Source of the DNA: Bacteriovoracaceae bacterium
GTDB taxonomy: Bacteria > Bdellovibrionota > Bacteriovoracia > Bacteriovoracales > Bacteriovoracaceae
DNA: 64,000 nt
Reading direction: 5' to 3'
Assembly: GCA_965217035.1 (NCBI GenBank)
Contig: OZ244226.1
Coordinates: forward strand, 912,146-976,145
Made by a program: the position numbers and the translations under genes. Position 1 is the first letter of the stretch, and every line of letters starts with the position of its first letter. This document shows positions 1 to 9,060 of the stretch, one piece after another. The notes below the pieces were generated by a model, which saw only the letters and a program-made list of their open reading frames with translations, ran no database searches and was not told the origin of the DNA.

Positions 1-681
1 GCTGTCAAAAATCGAGAAAACCTAAGATTTCTCCGAACAAAATCTTTTGGTGTTCTAAGAAAAGTATTCCGTGCGATGGCCCATCATTATAAAAGACTCG
101 GGATGATTACCGAAGAAAAAGATTTTTATTATCTTCATCTTGATGAGATTTTTGATTTCAATCGTGGTTCAGCTGCAAGCAATCAAATCGAAAAGATTGT
201 TCAAATGAGAAAAGAGGAATTTTCGGAATACTTTAAAACAACCGATCCGCCAGAAAGATTTATTACTTACGGATCAGTTGGTATGAGCTTAAGAGATAAT
301 AGTGTCTTAAATAGTGGAGATCTTCTTAAAAACCAAGTTCGTATTTCTGATGATCCTAATGTCCTTCTTGGTGTTTCTTGTTGCCCTGGAATTATCAAGG
401 GTCGCGTAAGAGTCGCAACCAAAATAGAAGAAGCTCAAAACTTAAATGGTGAAATCCTCGTAACTTCAAGAACTGATCCTGGTTGGGTCCCACTCTACCC
501 TTCTTGCAGTGGACTTATTATTGAAAGGGGAAGCTTGCTTTCACATTCTGCCGTTGTCGCAAGAGAACTTGGACTCCCTACTATTGTTGGAGTAAGCGGT
601 GGACTCCTCGAAAGATTAAAATCAGGCGATGAAGTCGAACTTAATGCCACAAAAGGTGAAGTGAGAATTCTTAATGATTAG
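1..681 (+). CDS. PEP-utilising enzyme, C-terminal part (rifampin-phosphotransferase/PigC-like architecture with swivelling phospho-His domain last); 5'-truncated by the window edge
   Basis: Frame is open from base 1 (AVKNRENLRFLRTKSFG...). C-terminus has the mobile-domain motif TDPGWVPLY...ERGSLLSHSAVVARELGLPTIVGV with the phospho-His. Confidence 0.85.
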   Translation, partial: AVKNRENLRFLRTKSFGVLRKVFRAMAHHYKRLGMITEEKDFYYLHLDEIFDFNRGSAASNQIEKIVQMRKEEFSEYFKTTDPPERFITYGSVGMSLRDNSVLNSGDLLKNQVRISDDPNVLLGVSCCPGIIKGRVRVATKIEEAQNLNGEILVTSRTDPGWVPLYPSCSGLIIERGSLLSHSAVVARELGLPTIVGVSGGLLERLKSGDEVELNATKGEVRILND

Positions 682-1693
682 TATTCATTCATTTTCAAAT
701 ACAAAAAATCCCAATGATTTTTTAGAAAGTTTTTCTACTTTACCAAGGAAACTTAATAAAGATCATGAGCGAACTTTACCACCAGGTCAGTACTGGATAT
801 TACTTTTCTCTAAAATGACTAATCTTACAAAAGAGCTCTTTATTGCTGAAATTGATGGGCAACTTGTAGGGAGAATTAGCTGCAATCTCTATAATCCAGA
901 TAAATCTAAGGGTTTCATTGGATGTCTAGAGTACGACCTCTCTCATCCTGAAAAAAATAATATTATCTCAAAACTCATTAAAACAGCTGAAAGCTGGCTT
1001 CAAGACAGAAACGTTAAAGAAGTTTTGGGGCCGATTGATTTCAGTATTTGGTTTGGCTATCGCTTAAAGTCAGTTGAAACAACTCATACTTTCCGTTGGG
1101 AACCTCATGCGCCTTTGCAGTACTTTAATGATCTTCAAGAACTCGGTTTTCAAAAAGATATGGGTTATCTATCAGCTCTCTATAACGATTTTTATCCTCT
1201 TCATAAATACACACAAAAGCATTATCAAAAAGCAATTGATGGAGGCTATTATTTCACAAAAGTTGATACTCAATCAGATTTTGAAATTAGAAATGTTCTT
1301 GAAATGAATTTGAGTTCTTTTACCAAGAGCTATTTGTATGACGAAGTCACTGAAGATCAATTCAATTCAGTTTTTATAAATTTTATAAAAACTGAAAATG
1401 CGAAATATGTCTTTCTTATGAAAAACCCCGATGGCGAGGACCTCGGAATGATCTATTCCTTTGAAGATCAAAAATTCTTAGTTATTAAAACAATCCTTGT
1501 TCTTCCTGCTGCGAGGAAGTCAAATTTAGGAAATGCTTTGATTCATTACTGCCTTGATCAAGCTAAAAAAGATGGGCTTCAAAAGTTTATTGGAGCCATG
1601 GTTAGAGAAGATAATAATAGTCTTCAATTTCTTACTCATTTAGATAGCTTAATCGAAACTCATCGCTATCACCTTCTAAAGAAAAGCCTTTAA
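674..1693 (+). CDS. GNAT-family N-acyltransferase (tandem GNAT, YghO-like)
   Basis: N-half GRI...GFIGCLEY...GPIDFS. C-half has acyl-CoA motif ILVLPAARKSNLGNALI. Overlaps the upstream stop by 8 nt. Confidence 0.75.
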   Translation: MISIHSFSNTKNPNDFLESFSTLPRKLNKDHERTLPPGQYWILLFSKMTNLTKELFIAEIDGQLVGRISCNLYNPDKSKGFIGCLEYDLSHPEKNNIISKLIKTAESWLQDRNVKEVLGPIDFSIWFGYRLKSVETTHTFRWEPHAPLQYFNDLQELGFQKDMGYLSALYNDFYPLHKYTQKHYQKAIDGGYYFTKVDTQSDFEIRNVLEMNLSSFTKSYLYDEVTEDQFNSVFINFIKTENAKYVFLMKNPDGEDLGMIYSFEDQKFLVIKTILVLPAARKSNLGNALIHYCLDQAKKDGLQKFIGAMVREDNNSLQFLTHLDSLIETHRYHLLKKSL

Positions 1694-2334
1694 TAAGATT
1701 CTGGAAAAGGAGAAATGGCAGGAACATCCTGATAGATAATCGGAATACCTTCCTTTTGAACAGCATGAGCTTTCTTGTCTAAATACAGTCCTAACTTCAA
1801 TGGTAAAATGTGAGTAAAAATCAAATAGAGACAAAACCAATGAGGAGAAGCGACATTTTTTTCATGGGCTGTTTCAACATGCTTTTCAGCTAAGTTCGCA
1901 CATCTTAAACCCGACTCTAACAAATGCCTCAACATACAATAAGATCCAGGATAATTTTCAAGAGGCTTCATCGCTAACTCAAAAGCTTCACTCATTTTGG
2001 AGTATTGAAAAGTTTTAAATGCATCCCATAAACTTCGATAAAATTCTTCAAACTTATAATCAGGCAATTGTTCTGAAACAAGAACATCATCGGGATAGGA
2101 ATCTTTATAATCAGGAGTTTCATCCATTGGAATAAACTCGTGAACAAGAACAGGAACTCCTCTCCATTGCCAAAACTTAGCAATACAATCCAAAAGGAGA
2201 CTGAGTGGTAAAGTCAGAGTTTCCGAAGAAATCAAAAAAATTGAAACAAAGTGCGATCTACCGTTAGAAAGCTTAGAATAGAGCTTAGATCTTCTCCAAT
2301 TAATCTGGATTGCCTCTATTAAATGTTCAGTCAT
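1690..2334 (-). CDS. Hypothetical protein (about 214 aa)
   Basis: Long ORF with protein-like composition. Start moved to MTEHLIEA (2334) to avoid overlap with the divergent gene. Confidence 0.6.
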   Translation of the reverse strand: MTEHLIEAIQINWRRSKLYSKLSNGRSHFVSIFLISSETLTLPLSLLLDCIAKFWQWRGVPVLVHEFIPMDETPDYKDSYPDDVLVSEQLPDYKFEEFYRSLWDAFKTFQYSKMSEAFELAMKPLENYPGSYCMLRHLLESGLRCANLAEKHVETAHEKNVASPHWFCLYLIFTHILPLKLGLYLDKKAHAVQKEGIPIIYQDVPAISPFPESY

Positions 2335-2382
2335 ATAAAGCACAAAAAAACTCCCAATCTGCCAGATTACCCTTATAATATA

Positions 2383-3477
2383 ATGATGGCACAAAAATAT
2401 TTTGAAGACCTTAATTATTCAATGGCGAATGAGGATACAGCTCTTGAACAATCGATCTCACAAGAGAGGCTTCCAAAAAAGATACTCTCTATTTGTGGCT
2501 CTGGATCAAGGTGCTTGCCGCTTATTAATTCAGAAACCTCTGACTTGTATATGATAGATTTTTCAAAGCCTCAACTTTACCTGTCAGAATTACGCGCTGA
2601 ATGCTTTAAGAACCTAAGTTATGAAAACTATTTAAAATTTTGGGGATATGCCCCCTATAAACCTCAGAATCATACACCGGAACGTCAGAAGTGGTTTCAA
2701 GAATTTGACTTATCTTCTGAAGCGAAAAGCTATCTTCTGAAGTACTTTGAGTTCACTCGCTGGAATTCGTTACTCTATGAAGGGAAGTGGGAAAAAACCT
2801 TTATCAAATTCAGCAAAGTTATTAAAAAAGTTCTCGGAAAACATAGCGAAAAGGCCCTTGGTTTCTCTAGCCTGGAGGAACAAAAACAATATTTTAAATC
2901 AGAGTTCCCTTGGTGGCGATGGAATATTATTGTTTCGATTATTGGCAATAAGGCACTCTTTAATCTCCTACTTTATAAAGGTGACTTTGTTGTTAAGAAT
3001 GTTGAGAACTCTTATTTTGATTATTACTCGACGGCTTTTAAAAAACTATTTAGTCAAGACCTTGCCCAAAAAAGTTTTTTCATTCAATTACTCCTAAGAG
3101 GAATTGTTACTGATCCTGTTGGAAATATAAATGAGGCCCAAGAGAATTCTTTTAATGAGATAAAAAAGAATATCCAGAATGTTAAACTTCACTATCTCCA
3201 AGGTGATTTTCTAACGGCCAGCGAAAGTCTTGAGGAAATAGACTTTATCTCAATGAGTAATGTCCCCTCATATCTTTCAGGTGATATTGAAAAAAACCAC
3301 TTGAATGGACTCTCCAAGAGACTCTCTTCAAAAGGTTGTATTGTTTCTCGTTATTACTTACGTGTACCTGATACCGATCGCTCTCAGTATCAGGATATTA
3401 CTAAAGACTTTCAAGAAGCTATCAATAATGAAAAAGTTCAAATGTACCAAATTGAAATATTAGAGAAAAAAGCATGA
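2383..3477 (+). CDS. DUF3419 / BtaA-like SAM-dependent (3-amino-3-carboxypropyl-type) transferase
   Basis: LNYSMANED, ILSICGSGSRCL (SAM-binding loop), IDFSKPQLYLSELR, GKWEK, FISMSNVPSY match DUF3419 motifs as I recall them. Confidence 0.75.
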   Translation: MMAQKYFEDLNYSMANEDTALEQSISQERLPKKILSICGSGSRCLPLINSETSDLYMIDFSKPQLYLSELRAECFKNLSYENYLKFWGYAPYKPQNHTPERQKWFQEFDLSSEAKSYLLKYFEFTRWNSLLYEGKWEKTFIKFSKVIKKVLGKHSEKALGFSSLEEQKQYFKSEFPWWRWNIIVSIIGNKALFNLLLYKGDFVVKNVENSYFDYYSTAFKKLFSQDLAQKSFFIQLLLRGIVTDPVGNINEAQENSFNEIKKNIQNVKLHYLQGDFLTASESLEEIDFISMSNVPSYLSGDIEKNHLNGLSKRLSSKGCIVSRYYLRVPDTDRSQYQDITKDFQEAINNEKVQMYQIEILEKKA

Positions 3478-5786
3478 AACAAAAAATCTTAAATATTATT
3501 TACAAAAATCCCAAGACAACTCTTATCACTTTCACCTTACTTGTTTTAGCATCAATCCCTGGCTTTCTTTACCTCAAACTAAATTTCTCTTATAGCGTCT
3601 GGTACAACGCAGATGATCCCCTAATGCTTCGCTATAAAGAGTTTGAAAAGAGATTTGGAAACGATGCCGGACTCGTTATCGGAATCCATAATCCAAAAGG
3701 AATTCTAAATAACAAAAGTCTTCTTTTGGTTAACAAAATTACAAATGATTTATGGGAAACTCCGGATATCATAAGAGTTGATTCACTCGCTAATTACGAT
3801 TTTGTTCAATCAGAGAATGATGAAATTACAGTTCTCCCTCTTGCTGAAAGGTTTGAAGGAGAAAGTTTTTCAGATAATGAGATAAAAGACCTTTCTGAGA
3901 AAATTATCAATGACAAGCTCTTGAAAGACTACTTGATTGATGAAAATTTCACGACAACTCTTTTAATCGCACAACTAAGACCTGAATTTGATGAAACTCC
4001 CGACTATAAGTTCTTAACCAAACACCTCAAAGAATTTATTGCGAAGTATGAAAAAAAATACCCTGACTATCGTTTCATGATCTCTGGCGATGTTGCTATC
4101 GTTGATGAGTTTAGAAGAGCTTCGTTTGCCGATCTTTATCTCCTTGTTCCTCTTCTTTATCTTCTTTTCACTCTGATATTTATTTATATTTACAGAAGAA
4201 AAAGTGGTGTTTTTCTCCCCTATCTCGTTCTCACAACCTCTATTTTAATGATGATGGGCTTTGGAGGTTATCTCGATATTCAAGTTAATATGATGACTAT
4301 GGTAGCCCCCACTATCCTAATGACTGTGACGATAGCAGATGCAATTCATATTCTAACTGTTTATTTCCTTTGCCTTAAAAATGGTTATACCAGTATTGAA
4401 GCCGCTAAATTCAGCATGAATAAAAACTTTTATCCAACACTTCTGACAACAGCATCGACGGCCATGGGTTTTTTTAGTTTTGCTATGGCAAGAGTTGTTC
4501 CGGTTGCTGAACTTGGTATTCTTGTAGGATTTGGAGTTTTCTTTGCTTGGCTGATTACTTATGGGATTCTTGGACCTATTTTACTTCTTATCAAGCAAAA
4601 ACCTACAGAAGAAATCATTCAAAATACAGACGACTCAGACATCGCTATTCCTGAAAGTTCTTTTCGCCTCGCAGACTGGATTGAAAAGTATAAAAAATCT
4701 ATTGTTTTTATTACAGTAATTGTAGGGGTTATAAGTTTTTATTTCTCATCATTACTGCAAGTTAACCTCGATCCGGTTGCTCAATTCAAAAATAGTAACC
4801 CTATAGTTGCAGATTACAACCTCATAGAAGAAAAACTTGGAGCAGCAACATCAATGGAGATCATGATCGACTCAGGAGCGAAAGATGGAATCAAAGAACC
4901 AGAATTTCTCAATAGAGTTGAAGCCTTTGAGAAATGGATGGTTTCTAATCCCAATATTAGTAAAACCCTTTCTCTTACAGATTTTATTAAAAAGACTAAT
5001 AAATCATTGAATAACGACGATGAATCTCAATATGTTATCCCTCAAAATAGAAAAAAAGTTGCTGAAGAAATTTTCTTTTATTCTTTAAATCTTCCCCAAG
5101 GAAGAGAGTTAAATAATAGAGTCAGCATTGATAATCGTTATTTAAGAATGACATTCTGGTGGAACACGAAGGACTCGCAAACAGCGCAGAAGTATTTCGA
5201 TTTGATTCATAGTAAAGCAAAAGAGCTTGACCTTACAGCAATAATTACAGGAAAGACACCATTATTTCATCAACTGACTCCTCATCTTGTGACAACATTT
5301 GTGGAGTCTTTCTTAATAGCGATTGCTTCGATTACGCTTCTTCTGATAATTATACTTCGTTCGCTTTCTCTAGGTTTATTAACACTTATTCCGAATGTCC
5401 TTCCTCTTGTTATCGGCGGAGGGTTCTATTACTTACTAGGTTTTGAAGTTGATACCGTCACAGTTATTATCGCTAGTGTCTGTCTCGGTGTAGCAGTTGA
5501 TGATAGTATTCATTTTCTTTTTGAGTTTCAAAGATTCACAAATAAAGGTTGGGATTACAGAAAGTCCATCGCTAGAATTATTACGACGACTTACCCTTCT
5601 CTCTTTTTCACAACTCTCGTTGTTGCTATTGGGTTCTTTATCTTTGTTCTTGGTTCTTATATTCCAAACATAAAATTTGGAATTATGGTTGCTTTTATTC
5701 TTATTATTGCTCTGATCGCTGACTTTATTGTTTTACCAGCATGTCTTTATTTGATGGAAAAAAAGAAGGCACCAGATAGCAACTAG
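3474..5786 (+). CDS. MMPL/RND-family lipid exporter
   Basis: Two repeats of 1+5 TM helices with large periplasmic loops. TM4/TM10 motifs TIADAIHIL and GVAVDDSIHFL. ATGA overlap with the DUF3419 gene. Confidence 0.85.
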   Translation: MKQKILNIIYKNPKTTLITFTLLVLASIPGFLYLKLNFSYSVWYNADDPLMLRYKEFEKRFGNDAGLVIGIHNPKGILNNKSLLLVNKITNDLWETPDIIRVDSLANYDFVQSENDEITVLPLAERFEGESFSDNEIKDLSEKIINDKLLKDYLIDENFTTTLLIAQLRPEFDETPDYKFLTKHLKEFIAKYEKKYPDYRFMISGDVAIVDEFRRASFADLYLLVPLLYLLFTLIFIYIYRRKSGVFLPYLVLTTSILMMMGFGGYLDIQVNMMTMVAPTILMTVTIADAIHILTVYFLCLKNGYTSIEAAKFSMNKNFYPTLLTTASTAMGFFSFAMARVVPVAELGILVGFGVFFAWLITYGILGPILLLIKQKPTEEIIQNTDDSDIAIPESSFRLADWIEKYKKSIVFITVIVGVISFYFSSLLQVNLDPVAQFKNSNPIVADYNLIEEKLGAATSMEIMIDSGAKDGIKEPEFLNRVEAFEKWMVSNPNISKTLSLTDFIKKTNKSLNNDDESQYVIPQNRKKVAEEIFFYSLNLPQGRELNNRVSIDNRYLRMTFWWNTKDSQTAQKYFDLIHSKAKELDLTAIITGKTPLFHQLTPHLVTTFVESFLIAIASITLLLIIILRSLSLGLLTLIPNVLPLVIGGGFYYLLGFEVDTVTVIIASVCLGVAVDDSIHFLFEFQRFTNKGWDYRKSIARIITTTYPSLFFTTLVVAIGFFIFVLGSYIPNIKFGIMVAFILIIALIADFIVLPACLYLMEKKKAPDSN

Positions 5787-5795
5787 CTGGTGCCT
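5767..5795. terminator. Hairpin between convergent genes (possible terminator)
   Basis: AGGCACCAG (5767-5775) / CTGGTGCCT (5787-5795) inverted repeat spanning the MMPL stop. Confidence 0.5.
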
Positions 5796-5935
5796 ATAAA
5801 ATAAAGCTTATCGTAAGCTTGTACAGCGTTGATCTATCCCTGACCAAAAGAATTGGTAACAATTATTGCGAAGATAGGACATGAAGAGTGTCCTATCAAG
5901 AATGGAAGCCTCTAAAACTCTTACAAAGTTTTAGC

Positions 5936-6223
5936 CTACCGCTTTGCTGACAAGCCTCTTTCTCTCATGATCTGAGCTTTGATCTTTTGCTTTAAAAGAG
6001 AGAGAGCTTTCCCAAAGCTGTCTGAATGCGCCTTAGCAAAGAATTCTTTACCGTGAGCGTTAACTTTAGCATCACAAACTTTCTTTTTTCCGTAAGCCCA
6101 ATAAGTCACAGAAATCTCTGTATCATTCCCCAATAAATTTCTGAAACGAGAAAACTTTTTCTCTGTTTTAACGGCCAAAGTTGGACTTGAATCTATTCCT
6201 TTAAAAGCAGTAATGATGTTCAT
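5936..6223 (-). CDS. HPF/RaiA (S30AE) family ribosome hibernation factor-like protein, short form
   Basis: MNIITAFKGIDSSPTL...KKF..., GKEFFAKAHSDSFGKAL...KIKAQI. 95 aa with the HPF pattern. RBS AAGGAG. Confidence 0.7.
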   Translation of the reverse strand: MNIITAFKGIDSSPTLAVKTEKKFSRFRNLLGNDTEISVTYWAYGKKKVCDAKVNAHGKEFFAKAHSDSFGKALSLLKQKIKAQIMRERGLSAKR

Positions 6224-6232
6224 GTTAGCTCC

Positions 6233-6661
6233 TTATTTGATTACGAGGAGGTCAGTAGATGATCTCTCGATGATATTGTCAATGAAAGACGAACTGAAAA
6301 TCTTTTGGACAGCATCTCTTTTTCTAATTGTACATACAGCTAGGTCATATTTATTTGATTTTAAAATTTTTAGACATTCAGCCCTGACATCATCTGTAAA
6401 TATGATCTTAAATTTTGCTTTTTCAAGTCTTGATGACTTTGAAAGAAAATCTTTTTTTACAGCATCAAGGATTGATTCCTCTAGTCCTGCCTTAGGAAAA
6501 GAATATAATTCCAGTAAGGGTAAGTTAAATTCTTTTACATAAGTGATCACATCGATTTCATTGGCTTCATCAAGGGAGTACTCTTCAATACCTTTATGCA
6601 TCACCTTGGTTAGTTCTTCATCTTCCGGTGTGTAAAAAAGAACAATCTTATTTTTTTTCAT
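6233..6661 (-). CDS. Universal stress protein (divergent)
   Basis: 142 aa. C-terminal YDLAVCTIRK...KIFSSSFIDNIIERSSTDLLVIK is USP-like. Confidence 0.7.
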   Translation of the reverse strand: MKKNKIVLFYTPEDEELTKVMHKGIEEYSLDEANEIDVITYVKEFNLPLLELYSFPKAGLEESILDAVKKDFLSKSSRLEKAKFKIIFTDDVRAECLKILKSNKYDLAVCTIRKRDAVQKIFSSSFIDNIIERSSTDLLVIK

Positions 6662-6663
6662 GG

Positions 6664-7098
6664 CTATCTCAAGACAAGAACATCAAAAGGAGAATGTTTA
6701 ACCATATATTCTGTAAATGAAGAGATAAAAATTTTCTCTAAATTTCCTTTTTCTTTAGTTGAACAAATGACAGTGTTGAAACTTTTTTGTTTTAAAAAAT
6801 TTGTAGCTTCTTCTTTTGGATTTTCACTAAAAAGACAAATAAAATCACAATGAGAAGCATCTCCTAATTTCGAAGAAACCATTTCTCTCATAAGATTCTC
6901 GACAGTCTCTTTGATCTCAGATCGCTCTTTCTCAGACGGGTAGACATAAGGAGGAACAATATATGGATAACGCACTTCTTTAAAAACATGAAGAAAGGTC
7001 AGATTTTCGGAGGTTAAACCGTGCATTTTTATTCCTTCAAACAGTTTATTCTGCAAAACCTCATCATTCATTGGAAACATGACAATACTTTTTCCCAT
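6664..7098 (-). CDS. Universal stress protein
   Basis: LTFLHV...ENPKEE...VICST...LEKIFISSFTEYMVKHSPFDVLVLR. Strong RBS AAGGAGGT. Confidence 0.8.
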   Translation of the reverse strand: MGKSIVMFPMNDEVLQNKLFEGIKMHGLTSENLTFLHVFKEVRYPYIVPPYVYPSEKERSEIKETVENLMREMVSSKLGDASHCDFICLFSENPKEEATNFLKQKSFNTVICSTKEKGNLEKIFISSFTEYMVKHSPFDVLVLR

Positions 7099-7155
7099 AA
7101 TTACCTCCTTGGGGCTTTTCTAAGTCCATCGTAATGGAGACTTAATATCAGAAAC

Positions 7156-7169
7156 ATGACCCAAGTCAG
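7156..7169. promoter_or_regulatory. Crp/Fnr-type box 1 (ATGAC-CCAA-GTCAG), shared by divergent promoters
   Basis: Palindrome 21 nt before TATAAT (7191-7196, +) and 22 nt before TACGAT (7133-7128, -). Confidence 0.7.
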
Positions 7170-7218
7170 TGTCTCAGATGATTAATCTCATATAATTCAA
7201 GTATAAAAGGGAGAACTT

Positions 7219-8253
7219 ATGAGAACGCTTTTTATCTTAACAATCTTATCTTTATCTACGGTTTACGCATCCGACATCTCTAAGAAAATGACTCATATTT
7301 ATAAAAATATGCTAGAACTTCAAAAGCTTATCAAGAATGAGAAATGTTCTAATCCTAAGAAAATTTTTAAGACAATCAACAACAATATTGATCCACTTGG
7401 AAAACACATTTTTTCGCAGAACCAAGGGTATAGTGTCGCCTTTAGAAATTTTAAAAGAAATTTAAGATCACTCGAAGACTCCTGTCGAATTAAGGGAGCT
7501 GATACAAATTTTAGGAAATCGACTTATCAAGGTTTAGTAAAATCATGCTTTCATTGCCATTCATCTGACCGCATGGATAGAAAGCTTCCTCCAATTCCTT
7601 TTAAAGGAGAAAGAAAAGAAAAAATAGAGATGTATATGATGTCTCGTAACTATGCGCAGGCTGAAATGCAAATTGATAAGTACTTCAAAAAAGTTAATGA
7701 CAAAAACTTAAAAGATATCTTCGAACTAGAACAGAATCTTTTTCTCAAAGTCTATAACTCTCCTGCTAAACTTATTTCGCGCTATCAAACGAGACTCAAG
7801 CAAGGCCTAAAAAAACCTTGGAATTGGAAATTGAAAACTTGGATCTTTGAATTAAAGAATCTTCCAAAATACAAACGCCCAACAACTCTTTTTCAAGATG
7901 CCAGAGTCTTTATTGAGAAAAGAATAGGACTTTTTGTCTCTGAGTCAGAAAGAATCCGTTTAAAACACCTTTTAGGAAGACTCCATCATTATCTGCATGA
8001 AGCTGAGAAGAAGGAAACCCCTGAAGTTCTTTATTACCTTGGAAGTCTAGAAAATAGGCTTGAACATAATTTTTATTCTGTCGATAACTTATATTTGATG
8101 GAATGCCTTGATAAATTCAATAAGACGCCATATGGCAAAAAATGCTATAATGAGTTTATGAATCAAGTTAACTTCTCCTTTACAGGGAGCTCTGGTTTGA
8201 ATGTTCCAGATAGCGTTAAAAAACTCATAAAAGAATTGACACCAATCCCATAG
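7219..8253 (+). CDS. Exported monoheme c-type cytochrome-like protein (CxxCH) with a helical/TPR-like C-terminus
   Basis: Signal peptide MRTLFILTILSLSTVYA. VKSCFHCH follows a helical segment, as in cytochrome c'. Confidence 0.6.
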   Translation: MRTLFILTILSLSTVYASDISKKMTHIYKNMLELQKLIKNEKCSNPKKIFKTINNNIDPLGKHIFSQNQGYSVAFRNFKRNLRSLEDSCRIKGADTNFRKSTYQGLVKSCFHCHSSDRMDRKLPPIPFKGERKEKIEMYMMSRNYAQAEMQIDKYFKKVNDKNLKDIFELEQNLFLKVYNSPAKLISRYQTRLKQGLKKPWNWKLKTWIFELKNLPKYKRPTTLFQDARVFIEKRIGLFVSESERIRLKHLLGRLHHYLHEAEKKETPEVLYYLGSLENRLEHNFYSVDNLYLMECLDKFNKTPYGKKCYNEFMNQVNFSFTGSSGLNVPDSVKKLIKELTPIP

Positions 8254-8277
8254 GATTGCTAATTAAGAATACAGACT

Positions 8278-9000
8278 ATGAATACGAAAACAAAGTTACC
8301 TCTTCCTCAACACTGTAAAGATTGTGACTCTCGAAGCAAAGGAATTTTCTGTGCTCTCGAAGAGAGTGATCTCGATGAACTCAGCCAATATAAAGTCACT
8401 AACAAATATAAAAAGGGGCAATCTCTTTTCAGTGAAGGAACACCACCTTATGGTCTTTACTGCATAAGCTATGGAAATGTGAAAGTTCATAAAGCAAGTC
8501 CCGAAGGGAAAGATATTATTATTCGAATAGCCAGTGATGGTGATGTTCTTGGTCATAGAAGTATTTTTTCGGATAGCAATTATCAAGCAAGTGCGACTGC
8601 CGTAGAAGATACCTCCATTTGCTTCATAGACAAGAAGTACATTGTAAAAACGATCAAAGAAAAACCAAGTGTCGCAACTAATTTGATTTCGAAATTAAGT
8701 AAAGACCTCGGAGCTTCAGAGATTAAGTTAGCTAATATGACACAAAAGTCTGTTAGAGAACGTCTTGCTGAACTTTTATTGCTTCTTAAAGAGTCTCACG
8801 GGGTTGATTTTAATGGAAACTCTCTCATCGACATTAGACTTACACGAGAAGAACTCGCCTCTATGATTGGAACTGCGACCGAAACAGTCATTAGAACCCT
8901 CTCGGAATTCAAAGATGATGGCTATATTAGTTATGAAGGCCGTAAAATTATCGTAGACAATGAATCAGCTCTACTCGAACTCGCTAATCCGACCTTCTAA
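8278..9000 (+). CDS. Crp/Fnr-family regulator with Fnr-like Cys cluster
   Basis: HCKDC-x8-C N-terminus plus central SICFI Cys. cNMP-fold domain, then HTH LTREELASMIGTATETVIRTLSEF. Confidence 0.9.
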   Translation: MNTKTKLPLPQHCKDCDSRSKGIFCALEESDLDELSQYKVTNKYKKGQSLFSEGTPPYGLYCISYGNVKVHKASPEGKDIIIRIASDGDVLGHRSIFSDSNYQASATAVEDTSICFIDKKYIVKTIKEKPSVATNLISKLSKDLGASEIKLANMTQKSVRERLAELLLLLKESHGVDFNGNSLIDIRLTREELASMIGTATETVIRTLSEFKDDGYISYEGRKIIVDNESALLELANPTF

Positions 9001-9013
9001 ATTCATAAATCTT

Positions 9014-9027
9014 ATGACCCACATCAT
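9014..9027 (+). promoter_or_regulatory. Crp/Fnr-type box 2 (ATGAC-CCAC-ATCAT)
   Basis: 21 nt before TAGAAT (9049-9054). ATG at 9061 lies at the expected TSS, so possibly leaderless. Confidence 0.65.
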
Positions 9028-9060
9028 TTTGATTATTAAAATCGAAGATAGAATAGGGCT

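Noticed and set aside
1..681. Rifampin resistance gene (rph) or PEP synthase (ppsA)
   Set aside because: The His domain is C-terminal, unlike PpsA. The context is biosynthetic and only the C-terminus is visible, so substrate cannot be assigned.
2323..2394. Head-to-head overlap of two ORFs as given in the ORF track
   Set aside because: Downstream ATGs (2334 on minus, 2383/2386 on plus) remove the overlap.
6213..6542. 109-aa + strand ORF
   Set aside because: Antisense shadow of the USP gene with no motif.
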